Source of the DNA: Patescibacteria group bacterium
GTDB taxonomy: Bacteria; Patescibacteriota; Minisyncoccia; Phycocordibacterales; UBA1006
Reading direction: 5' to 3'
DNA: 64,000 nt
Assembly (NCBI GenBank): GCA_020428585.1
Contig: JAGQMP010000005.1
Span: 6,152 to 70,151, forward strand
Shown here one piece after another: positions 10,642 to 18,652 of this stretch. Each line of letters opens with the position of its first letter. Within the stretch, counting starts at the first letter, position 1. The notes under the pieces were generated by a model. That model was not told where the DNA came from. It worked only from the letters and a program-made list of their open reading frames with translations, and made no database searches. The position numbers were made by a program, and so were the translations under genes.

Positions 10642-13600
10642 TATGAAGCCACCCTATTCTTCGAAGACCAACTAGCCATAGTTTGTCTAATTTTAGAACG
10701 ATCAGACTCGCTGTAAATATGGCTCAAGAAGAATCGTTCGAGGAGATCCTTAGCAACGACATCTGGATCAGCAGTGGCCTTATCCTCAACTGAGATTTTA
10801 CCTAGAGCATATGCACAACGCTGAAACTCGCGCGCAGTAATAGGTTGCTTGACAGGAAGAGCATTTCGAGACTCGCGTGAATCTTCAAAATTCTTCATAA
10901 AGTCTACACGTAATAAATTACCAAACTGAACGAGTGCCTTAATAGTCTGGAGATCAAATTCTTGGACGCTATTCAACTCTGGCGCATCGTTATCGATGCC
11001 ATTTATGTACCTATCCCAAACTTTAACAAACTCATTGTGTTCAAGATTAGGATCAAGGGTAAGATCCTCAAGGGATCCAGTATTACGAGCAATTCGCATA
11101 GCTTCCGCAGAGTTAAATTTAGGATTTTTGTTGGTATCCTCAGGATCAGGCTTAATCTCTAGATCAGGGTATCCAACCTCCATTGAAACCATGCGACTCT
11201 TCGTAGCATATTGAGGATCAAAGGTGCCTGGATAGTTAGGGTTCATCGAACTGGCAAGGAGAACAGAGGGATCAGCCTCAATAACCTTGCCAGAACTTGT
11301 TTTGAGAGTTAATGCGCGTTTTTCATCCCACAATGCATGGAGAAAAATTTGAGACTGTTCGGGCATGCCGTTCACCTCATTGAAATAAACAATAGATCCG
11401 GGAGTCTGTATGCCACGCAACACCGCCGAAGGAACCTTAATGGTTTGGGTTGCTCCATCCTTTGATTCCAACATAACGTCTTCGGACAATTCAAATTCGG
11501 TTGTCCATTTGGTACAATCAGTCGAGAAGTAAGGGCGATTCGTTCTGTTGCTAAACATCTTCAACAGTACATCCTTACCGGTTCCCGTATGTCCGTTGAG
11601 GTTGAGGATCCCTTCTCCGAGTTCAAGTTGCATCTTAAATAACTCGGCCATCTTTTGTAGATTATTTTGAGTTTCTGAATCAACCACCCAGTTAGATCGC
11701 CACCTCGGAACAAATCCCTTGCCATTTTCATCAATCACCTCCTGACTTGCGATTTTATCCATGTGCCTAAAGAGGGCTACATTATTTTCGCCAAGGAAGG
11801 TTTTGTATTCTTCATACTTCTCGGTATAGCGCGTCTTCCACTCTTGGTCTGATTTATTTCGCGCTTCGTCAGGCTTCGCCCGTTCAGAGTAAATCCGAGC
11901 TAAATCAGTTCGTAGTTGTTCATACTGTTGTTTCAGTTTTCCTTCCTCACTTGCCCAGTCGCGGTACTTGTTTCTCAGATCTTTAAATTCATTGGCAGAC
12001 ATGTACGTTGGTTGGGTATCAACACCACGAACGGTTTTCAATCCCAAACGCCACTCATCCTCGTCTTCCCTGTCTGCGAACACGCGTGATTTTGTCTTTG
12101 AACCATCAGGATTGGTGACCAACATCATCACATCACCATACATCTCCCCAGGTTTTACCCCGACGCCAGCAGTGTTCTTATTGGCCTCAAAAGTCATCTC
12201 AACACGTCGTTCAGATTGCTCCTTAACTTTTGCTTCATACCGTGGAAACGATTCATTACCAAACATAACCATCTGCTGACCAGTCTCGGCAACCGTTGTA
12301 TGGGTACCTGCTTCAACGTCATAGAGAATTTGTGCAACCCCCACCTTTAACTCCCTACGTAACTCTCGAGCCTTATCGGGATTATCAGTCCCTAGCTTTT
12401 CAATCTCGGCTTCCAAAAGCTTCTTGCTCTCGCTTGAAGAAATATATTGTTCTGCTGAACCCTTATCACCAAATTCTTTTTCGTTGAGACGGTTCTTGAA
12501 GGCTTGTATATCCTCATAGAGGTTGTCTGCTAGTTGATCGACACGAATCGATGCAGATTCGCGAACTTTTGCGTATTCCTTCTTGAACTTATCCCGATAC
12601 GTTTTGGCAAGGAGTTCAAGGCTGTTACGCGCATCGTTGATTTTTTGGTACGCATCGTTCGCCTCAACAGGAACATCACGAAGCATGTCTTGGAAACGCG
12701 TTTTGTATTTAGGCAACTGAAACTCGTCCCAGGTGTTAAAGTCACGCATCGTCTCGATAGCGGACAGCTCATTTTTAATCCCGCCGAGGAGGTTGTCGAT
12801 CTCCTCCATCACCTGCTTCCCTTCCTTCTGGAACAACTGGTTGGCCCGTCGATCCAGTTCATGCAGAACATCATTGTAGAGGGTTCGGGCCTCTTGATCC
12901 ATGACGTTCTCGAGCGATTGTAATGTACGTAATTGTTCCCGCGAATGTGAGATGAGTTTCATCGAAAGGTCTCCTTCAAGGTCTTTCCTTACAAGATCAA
13001 CAATACGAACGACTTCGTCTTTGGCAAATTCGCGCTCCTTGGCAAGGAAGTCGTTTTCAACATCATTGAGGATGAAATTGATTTGTGTTTCCTTCAATCC
13101 TTCTTTTCGCAATCTTGATTTGATGAGTTCTAAATTTGTTCGAAAGATGCTCGCGCTAGAAGCATCGACGACCGAACTAAGGTATTTTCGGGTAATGCCT
13201 TCGTACTGATCCTTGAGTTCCTTGAAATGCTTGTTATCGGTATCATTATACGCCTCCTGCCGTGTCTTAGAATTTTTAAAGATTTCTTCAATATCAACCC
13301 CTTCTGAAATCTTCTTTGCTCGATTGGCAGCAATGCGTTCTTGTAAGGAGTCCATCTCAAGAGCATACTTGACCAGGTAACCTTCTTCATTTACTGCGGT
13401 GATGTTCCCCTTGGAATCAAAGTTTACAGCTGAAACCCCCTTCTTTCGTGAGATTTCCTCCAAGGTATCCTTAGTCAGCAAGACCAACTCATCTCCGGAA
13501 TAGAATAAGAAAAAGGTTCCCGTCGGATCTAATTGGAAATTTCTAATATTTTCATATTTCTTCGGTAACTTAGCCTTTGTCTTCTCGGGAGATTGGATGC

Positions 13601-14459
13601 CGCCAGAAAAGTCTATACGAACGATGCCGTCTGGGTTATCAAACGATACATAGTAAATTATTTCTGGACTAGAGGGATCACTGATAATATTCTCTTTAAC
13701 CTCCGGAATAATATCAGAGTACAAGGGTTTTTCATTTGGTTTTTTTGAATCAACGATATTAATACTAGTACCAGTAACTATCGCGGAATATTTGTCGTTG
13801 TTTAAGTCTGAAAATCCCTCGTTCGGGAGACAAACTGTCTCAGCAATGACATCTTTGACTTCTTCTGGCATCGTCTTGGAGTCCCATTTATGATGTTTCC
13901 AATTCTCGGGGGAAAGGACAATACCGTTTTCGTTGGTAGTAACGTAGGTCTCATAAGACTTTGTATCAGGATCCACAAAGACTAAATATTTACCTCGCTC
14001 TAGTATTTTTAAATCACGTGGAAGAGTGTATTTAGAAGAAACCTGACTCACTGAATTTAAATGATGCTGCTTCTTAGCTAGATAAGTAAGAACCCCCTGC
14101 ATGTACTCCGGGGCCTTTTGAACATCGTACCGAGACCACTCCTGGTCACCCGTTAAAGAAAAAGAATAAAGATTATCAACCTTGGGCACCCCATCATATT
14201 CAGGTAAATTCCTTCTATTCACTTCAAAAGAAGTTGAAGTTTTTATAAGGGTTGTTTCCTCTTTTTCTAGAGAGTGGTTAAAGACTTCGATGTTTGAGCC
14301 ATCTTTTTTTGACACCAACAAATAATCGTGCCAGGGAATGGTCGATTCAACATTATCCATCTTTAATTTCTCCTTTGATCGAAGGATTTCTTTCAGTTCG
14401 ATCACATCCTCTTTCTTCTCGATGGAGTTTTCTAATGATTCTGGTGAATGTCCGTGCAT
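10641..14459 (-). CDS. Giant protein (1272 aa): beta-rich (propeller-like) N-terminus, ~400-aa coiled coil, C-terminal MoxR/AAA_5-like AAA+ ATPase domain
   Basis: Walker A LNGHTGTGKD. Walker B IVYFNEVNG. MoxR-like sensor block VLLASSMNPNYPGT (compare ATxNP). Repeated beta-strand-like blocks in the N-terminus (IIYYVSFDNPDGIVRIDF, FFLFYSGDELVLL, and others). Confidence 0.65.
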   Translation of the reverse strand: MHGHSPESLENSIEKKEDVIELKEILRSKEKLKMDNVESTIPWHDYLLVSKKDGSNIEVFNHSLEKEETTLIKTSTSFEVNRRNLPEYDGVPKVDNLYSFSLTGDQEWSRYDVQKAPEYMQGVLTYLAKKQHHLNSVSQVSSKYTLPRDLKILERGKYLVFVDPDTKSYETYVTTNENGIVLSPENWKHHKWDSKTMPEEVKDVIAETVCLPNEGFSDLNNDKYSAIVTGTSINIVDSKKPNEKPLYSDIIPEVKENIISDPSSPEIIYYVSFDNPDGIVRIDFSGGIQSPEKTKAKLPKKYENIRNFQLDPTGTFFLFYSGDELVLLTKDTLEEISRKKGVSAVNFDSKGNITAVNEEGYLVKYALEMDSLQERIAANRAKKISEGVDIEEIFKNSKTRQEAYNDTDNKHFKELKDQYEGITRKYLSSVVDASSASIFRTNLELIKSRLRKEGLKETQINFILNDVENDFLAKEREFAKDEVVRIVDLVRKDLEGDLSMKLISHSREQLRTLQSLENVMDQEARTLYNDVLHELDRRANQLFQKEGKQVMEEIDNLLGGIKNELSAIETMRDFNTWDEFQLPKYKTRFQDMLRDVPVEANDAYQKINDARNSLELLAKTYRDKFKKEYAKVRESASIRVDQLADNLYEDIQAFKNRLNEKEFGDKGSAEQYISSSESKKLLEAEIEKLGTDNPDKARELRRELKVGVAQILYDVEAGTHTTVAETGQQMVMFGNESFPRYEAKVKEQSERRVEMTFEANKNTAGVGVKPGEMYGDVMMLVTNPDGSKTKSRVFADREDEDEWRLGLKTVRGVDTQPTYMSANEFKDLRNKYRDWASEEGKLKQQYEQLRTDLARIYSERAKPDEARNKSDQEWKTRYTEKYEEYKTFLGENNVALFRHMDKIASQEVIDENGKGFVPRWRSNWVVDSETQNNLQKMAELFKMQLELGEGILNLNGHTGTGKDVLLKMFSNRTNRPYFSTDCTKWTTEFELSEDVMLESKDGATQTIKVPSAVLRGIQTPGSIVYFNEVNGMPEQSQIFLHALWDEKRALTLKTSSGKVIEADPSVLLASSMNPNYPGTFDPQYATKSRMVSMEVGYPDLEIKPDPEDTNKNPKFNSAEAMRIARNTGSLEDLTLDPNLEHNEFVKVWDRYINGIDNDAPELNSVQEFDLQTIKALVQFGNLLRVDFMKNFEDSRESRNALPVKQPITAREFQRCAYALGKISVEDKATADPDVVAKDLLERFFLSHIYSESDRSKIRQTMASWSSKNRVAS

Positions 14460-14510
14460 GAATTTATTATATCATATTAATATATTATGTAAGGATTACT
14501 CACACCTCTC
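14460..14510 (-). promoter_or_regulatory. Candidate promoter of the giant-protein operon (minus strand): TTACAT-N15-TATAAT ending ~6 nt before the ATG
   Basis: Reverse complement reads cttacataatatattaatatgaTATAATaaattcATG. Confidence 0.35.
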
Positions 14511-14537
14511 GTCGTAGGTAAGCTTCCCCTTCCCTAT

Positions 14538-14594
14538 TGACATAAGGACATGCATACCATTTTCTTTTGACTATTCATCACACAAAGGTATACT
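14538..14594 (+). promoter_or_regulatory. Candidate sigma-70-type promoter(s) for the small ORF/sRNA unit: TTGACA at 14538, and TTGACT-N15-TATACT at 14568-14594
   Basis: Hexamers read directly from the sequence. Confidence 0.4.
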
Positions 14595-14614
14595 CTGAAA
14601 AAACCCATATAACC

Positions 14615-14767
14615 ATGTCGTCAAAACAACACCGAAAGAAGCTTCTGCGCTGGCACCAAAAAAGACAAAAAAAACAAAAAGAACCTATCGATCTTTTTGA
14701 ATTAGGAAGAAAGGTTGATCGGCTCCTTGGTATTCCCTACGGTAGACCCTGGGAAGAAGACTTCTAA
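14615..14767 (+). CDS. Hypothetical small basic protein (50 aa, MSSKQHRKKLLRWHQKRQKKQKEP...), or a non-coding transcript
   Basis: Sits between a promoter-like element and a clean intrinsic terminator. No homology recognised. Confidence 0.3.
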   Translation: MSSKQHRKKLLRWHQKRQKKQKEPIDLFELGRKVDRLLGIPYGRPWEEDF

Positions 14768-14785
14768 AGCAACCACAACCATACG

Positions 14786-14820
14786 CCAACAAGTTAAATT
14801 GTTGGTGTTTTTTTATTTTT
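14786..14820 (+). terminator. Rho-independent terminator ccaacaagttaaattgttgg + T-run
   Basis: 7-bp stem / 6-nt loop hairpin followed by TGTTTTTTTATTTTT, immediately after the small ORF stop. Confidence 0.6.
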
Positions 14821-14893
14821 ATCCCCACCATTCCACAGGCTCCCCACAGGGACGATTTTGTCCGAAGGTCCGGCTTCGCTACAATGCGAAAGT

Positions 14894-16267
14894 ATGGCAG
14901 AGAAAAAGACCACCAACATCCGCATTCCTCCGCAAAACATCGACGCCGAACGCGCACTCCTTGGATCGATTATGCTGCGGCCAATTGCCCTGGCCGAGGT
15001 AATCGACGAGATCTCGGAAGACGATTTCTACGTCCAAAAACACCGCGTCATCTTCCGCGTCATGGCTGACCTTGCCCGCGTGGGTGATCCGATCGACATC
15101 GTATCGGTATCAGAAAAATTAAAGGCGCTGAACCTCACCGACCAAGCAGGGGGCGTATCGTACCTGAACGAGGTCGCCGGAACGGTGCCTTCATCAACAA
15201 ACCTTGATTACTATGCGAAAACGGTGGCGAGCAAGTCGAGCCTCAGGAAATTGATCGAGGCTGGTGAGGTCGTAACAGAACTTGGCTTTAACGAGGGCGA
15301 GGACATCGATGCGGTCCTCGACCAGGCTGAAAAACGGGTGTTCGAGGTGACGTCGAATACCAAAGGCAGCCGCACCTTTACCAGCATGAAGGACCTGATT
15401 CCAAAATCTTGGGAGAAAATCGAACGCCTCGCCGAAGGCGACGATACCTTGCGCGGGGTGCCGACGGGGTACGCAGCCCTCGACCGCATTTTATCGGGAT
15501 TCCAAGAATCAGATTTGATTATTTTGGCCGCGCGTCCATCGACGGGTAAGACGTCCCTCGCCCTCGACATCGCCCGAAAGGCGGCGGTTAATCATAACGT
15601 ACCGATCGGATTCTTCTCGCTCGAAATGTCTGCTGATCAATTAGCCGATCGTATGCTGTCCGCCGAGGCACAGGTCGACGCCTGGCGCATCAGAACCGGA
15701 AAGGGCCTCACCGACGACGACTACGCGCGCATCTCGGTCGCGATGGAGACCTTGTCAAAGGCGCCAATCTACATCGATGACAAACCAGGTAACACCATCA
15801 ACCAAATGCGATCAACCGCGCGTCGCCTCAAGGCTGAACACGGCCTTGGCCTCATTATGGTGGACTACCTTCAATTGATGACCACGAATAAGAATTACGA
15901 TTCGATGGTGAATCAGGTGACCGAAATCTCACGGTCATTAAAGGCCTTGGCCCGTGAGATCGAGGTGCCGGTCGTCGCGCTCTCGCAGCTCTCGCGTGCG
16001 GTAGAACAGCGTGGTGGCAAGCCTCGGCTCTCTGACCTTCGTGATTCGGGATCCATCGAACAAGATGCTGACGTCGTTATCTTCCTGCACAAGGAACGGA
16101 ACGAAGACGGCGTCGGTCGCAGCCAGGTGACGGATGTTCTGGTTGAAAAGCATCGAAACGGTGCCGTGGGATTCTGTCAGCTCTTCTTTGACGAGGCGCG
16201 TACGACCTTCCTCGAACTTGATAAACAGCATCAGGATATGGAGGGCGGTCTTGATGATGAATTTTAA
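14894..16267 (+). CDS. dnaB: Replicative DNA helicase DnaB
   Basis: N-terminal IPPQNIDAERALLGSIML. Walker A ARPSTGKTSLALD. RecA-like H2/H4 motifs LIMVDYLQLM and SQLSRAVEQR. Upstream TTGTCC-N16-TACAAT promoter-like element. Start chosen at the internal MAEKK. Confidence 0.9.
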   Translation: MAEKKTTNIRIPPQNIDAERALLGSIMLRPIALAEVIDEISEDDFYVQKHRVIFRVMADLARVGDPIDIVSVSEKLKALNLTDQAGGVSYLNEVAGTVPSSTNLDYYAKTVASKSSLRKLIEAGEVVTELGFNEGEDIDAVLDQAEKRVFEVTSNTKGSRTFTSMKDLIPKSWEKIERLAEGDDTLRGVPTGYAALDRILSGFQESDLIILAARPSTGKTSLALDIARKAAVNHNVPIGFFSLEMSADQLADRMLSAEAQVDAWRIRTGKGLTDDDYARISVAMETLSKAPIYIDDKPGNTINQMRSTARRLKAEHGLGLIMVDYLQLMTTNKNYDSMVNQVTEISRSLKALAREIEVPVVALSQLSRAVEQRGGKPRLSDLRDSGSIEQDADVVIFLHKERNEDGVGRSQVTDVLVEKHRNGAVGFCQLFFDEARTTFLELDKQHQDMEGGLDDEF

Positions 16268-16273
16268 TTTCTT

Positions 16274-16360
16274 TTCAGACGAAAAGAAACAAAAGTCTTT
16301 GAGCTCACAACAGACTTCTAAAAACTACAAAGAATTTCTGATATTTCAAAACTCGCTTCG
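16274..16360 (+). repeat. Copy A of a ~85-nt repeated 3-prime element (hairpin cttttcagacgaaaag followed by ...gagctcacaacag...ttctaaaaac...atttctgatatttcaaaactc). Copy B is at 43193-43290 on the minus strand.
   Basis: Hand alignment of 16278-16357 against the reverse complement of 43193-43290 gives ~85% identity over >90 nt. Confidence 0.6.
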
Positions 16361-16458
16361 CTCAGACAGTTGAAATATTTCCAGAAATTCTTTTTTGTTT
16401 TAAACGAAGTCTTTATGTAGGCTCGTATACCAAGAACCGATTCATATTTGACATATTA

Positions 16459-16487
16459 AAATATCTATATATAATTACAGGAAATTA
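16459..16487 (+). promoter_or_regulatory. Consensus sigma-70 promoter TTGACA-N16-TATAAT upstream of the MaoC-like gene
   Basis: tttgacatattaaaatatctataTATAATtac. Confidence 0.5.
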
Positions 16488-16511
16488 AATTTAAAATTAA
16501 ATCTACCTAAT

Positions 16512-17015
16512 ATGAAAATATACAAAAACATCTTTGATGAAAATCTCCATGAATATCTCAGAAAGCTCAATTTCAAAACTGATACTCAGAAAATAGATCA
16601 GAATATGGTTGAAAAGCATATAACTCTGAGCTTGGACAACAACCCTGTACACATGAACCTAGCACTCGCTAAGAAGTCACATTTCAAAAGACCTGTTGTA
16701 CATGGTCCGTTAATAAGCTCGCTATCGACGGGATGGATTCATCATATATTTACTTGTACGGAATATACTTATCCTGTTCAACTTCAGCAGAATATAAAGA
16801 ATCTTACCTCACTGACTATTGGGGATAGTATCTGCTATATTTTTGAATGCTCAGAAGTTGTTCTAAGAAATGAAGAGGGGCGTGATCCGTATCTAAAGGT
16901 TGTCTATGAAATTAGTTGTTTTGATTCCAATAATAATGAAATTATGAAAATCGAATGGTACATAAGGTACTATAGTAGTGACTACCTATTACAAAACAAC
17001 GAAATTGATTCATAA
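16512..17015 (+). CDS. MaoC-like / hotdog-fold dehydratase family protein, in a low-GC island
   Basis: DNNPVHMNLALAKKSHFKRPVVHGPLISSL resembles the MaoC dehydratase motif (D.NPIH....A....F...I.HG). Very AT-rich codon usage relative to its neighbours. Confidence 0.55.
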   Translation: MKIYKNIFDENLHEYLRKLNFKTDTQKIDQNMVEKHITLSLDNNPVHMNLALAKKSHFKRPVVHGPLISSLSTGWIHHIFTCTEYTYPVQLQQNIKNLTSLTIGDSICYIFECSEVVLRNEEGRDPYLKVVYEISCFDSNNNEIMKIEWYIRYYSSDYLLQNNEIDS

Positions 17016-17065
17016 TCACATCACCACCTTGAGAAATCAAGGTGTTTTTTTGTTATAATAGCCAA

Positions 17066-17680
17066 ATGAACAACCGGATTGATAAACTCTCGGAACTCTT
17101 TGAATCCTTTCCGGGGATTGGACGACGACAGGCACGGCGATTTGTGTACTTTTTATTACATAAGGACCCAAGCTACGTCAGGGACCTGGTTGATGCGATC
17201 ACCAACGTCAAGGCCGAGGTCGCCCAGTGCAGCGAATGTTACCGATTCTACCCGAGGGGCGAGGGTTCGGTCTGCCCTACCTGCCGTGATGCGGCGGGGT
17301 CAACCCAGTTAATGATCGTCGAGAAAGACGCCGATTTCGAAAACTTGCACAAAACCCACGTGTACGATGGGCGGTACTTTATCTTGGGTGGGTTCATCAA
17401 CGCGAACGAGAAAAAACGGTCCTTCGCTCGCGTGGACCAATTGATGGACCGCGTCGCCCGTGATACCAAGGCCGGCACTTTATCCGAGGTGATTTTTGGT
17501 CTATCAATCAGTCCCGAGGCCGAACACACCCGATTACGCCTCAGCACCATGCTGCGCGAACGATTCCCAAATCTGACCTTCTCGACCCTGGGCCGCGGAC
17601 TTTCAACGGGAACTGAATTGGAATATTCTGACACCGAGACCTTGAAATATGCCTTTGAGTCGAGAATTCAACAGACCTGA
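17066..17680 (+). CDS. recR: Recombination protein RecR
   Basis: HhH ESFPGIGRRQARRFVYFLL. C4 zinc finger CSECYRFY...CPTCRD. Toprim-like region VEKDADFENL. Confidence 0.9.
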   Translation: MNNRIDKLSELFESFPGIGRRQARRFVYFLLHKDPSYVRDLVDAITNVKAEVAQCSECYRFYPRGEGSVCPTCRDAAGSTQLMIVEKDADFENLHKTHVYDGRYFILGGFINANEKKRSFARVDQLMDRVARDTKAGTLSEVIFGLSISPEAEHTRLRLSTMLRERFPNLTFSTLGRGLSTGTELEYSDTETLKYAFESRIQQT

Positions 17681-18189
17681 TGAAAAATATTACTTTCCCA
17701 GAAAAATTCAAAAAACCAATCGTTGAAGCTATCAGTCGCTATCCGGAACTACAGCATAAAAGGATTAGTTTCAAACTCGTAAAATCCCGGCTTCCTTACT
17801 ACGCCAGACCTGCCGTAATAAGTTTATTAAATCCCTTCGCTCACCGAAGCTACATCATTGGCATTAGTGAACAATCAACGATACAAAGAGAGCCTACTCT
17901 CCTCAAAAACTTGCCTTACGAAGCCCAAGTCGGCGCCATGGTACATGAACTTGCTCATATCCTCTATTACACAAAAAAGACGTCTCTCGGCATACTTGCT
18001 GACGGTCTTCTTTATTTCTTTCCTCGATACCGTGAATACTTTGAAAAGATGACAGACAGAATTGCCATAGAGAAAGGTTTAGGAAACTACATATTAGCAT
18101 GGTCAGAAGTTGTTTATGAAGTAAAGAAAAATGATGGTAGAAGAGGAAAAATTTACTATTCACCAACAGAGATAAGGAAACTCTTATAA
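17680..18189 (+). CDS. Hypothetical protein with HExxH motif (putative zinc metallopeptidase)
   Basis: VHELAHILYY. Start codon overlaps the recR stop. Confidence 0.4.
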   Translation: MKNITFPEKFKKPIVEAISRYPELQHKRISFKLVKSRLPYYARPAVISLLNPFAHRSYIIGISEQSTIQREPTLLKNLPYEAQVGAMVHELAHILYYTKKTSLGILADGLLYFFPRYREYFEKMTDRIAIEKGLGNYILAWSEVVYEVKKNDGRRGKIYYSPTEIRKLL

Positions 18190-18190
18190 C

Positions 18191-18216
18191 AAAAAACCAC
18201 CTATAGGTGGTTTTTT
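18191..18216. terminator. Bidirectional intrinsic terminator aaaaaaCCACCtataGGTGGtttttt between convergent genes
   Basis: Perfect hairpin flanked by an A-run and a T-run. Confidence 0.7.
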
Positions 18217-18217
18217 G

Positions 18218-18538
18218 TTACGCGAGTTTGGTAACCTTGATCTTCATGAACGGCTGCCTATGCCCCTTCTTTTTGAAGTATCGGGATTTTGCTTTGTAAC
18301 GAATAACGGTGACTTTCTTTGAACGACCCTCTTCGAGCAGTTCGCCAGTCACGGTTGCTCCAGCCAGGTAGGGGGTACCGATCTGTGATGCCTTACCGTC
18401 GTCGGTCATAAGCACCTGATCGAAAACAATTTTGTCTCCCTGGTTGAAGTCTCCTTGAAGTTTTTCGATGCTGATTACATCGCCTTCTGAAACGCGGTAT
18501 TGTTTCCCACCGGTTTCAATAATTGCAAATTTACTCAT
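18218..18538 (-). CDS. rplU: 50S ribosomal protein L21
   Basis: MSKFAIIETGGKQYRVSEGDVI...RYKAKSRYFKKKGHRQP, a classic L21. Confidence 0.9.
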   Translation of the reverse strand: MSKFAIIETGGKQYRVSEGDVISIEKLQGDFNQGDKIVFDQVLMTDDGKASQIGTPYLAGATVTGELLEEGRSKKVTVIRYKAKSRYFKKKGHRQPFMKIKVTKLA

Positions 18539-18652
18539 AATACCCGCCATTATACATAGGATTGCTGGGGTGGCAAGATGGTTTTTAAAACCTGGTATTT
18601 GACATTTATATATAAATATATTAATTTATAAAAAACTTATAACCAAAAAAAT

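Noticed and set aside
14818-14828. TTATCCCCA resembling a DnaA box upstream of dnaB, possibly marking oriC
   Set aside because: It is a single one-mismatch box without clustering or an adjacent dnaA/dnaN. Insufficient for an origin call.
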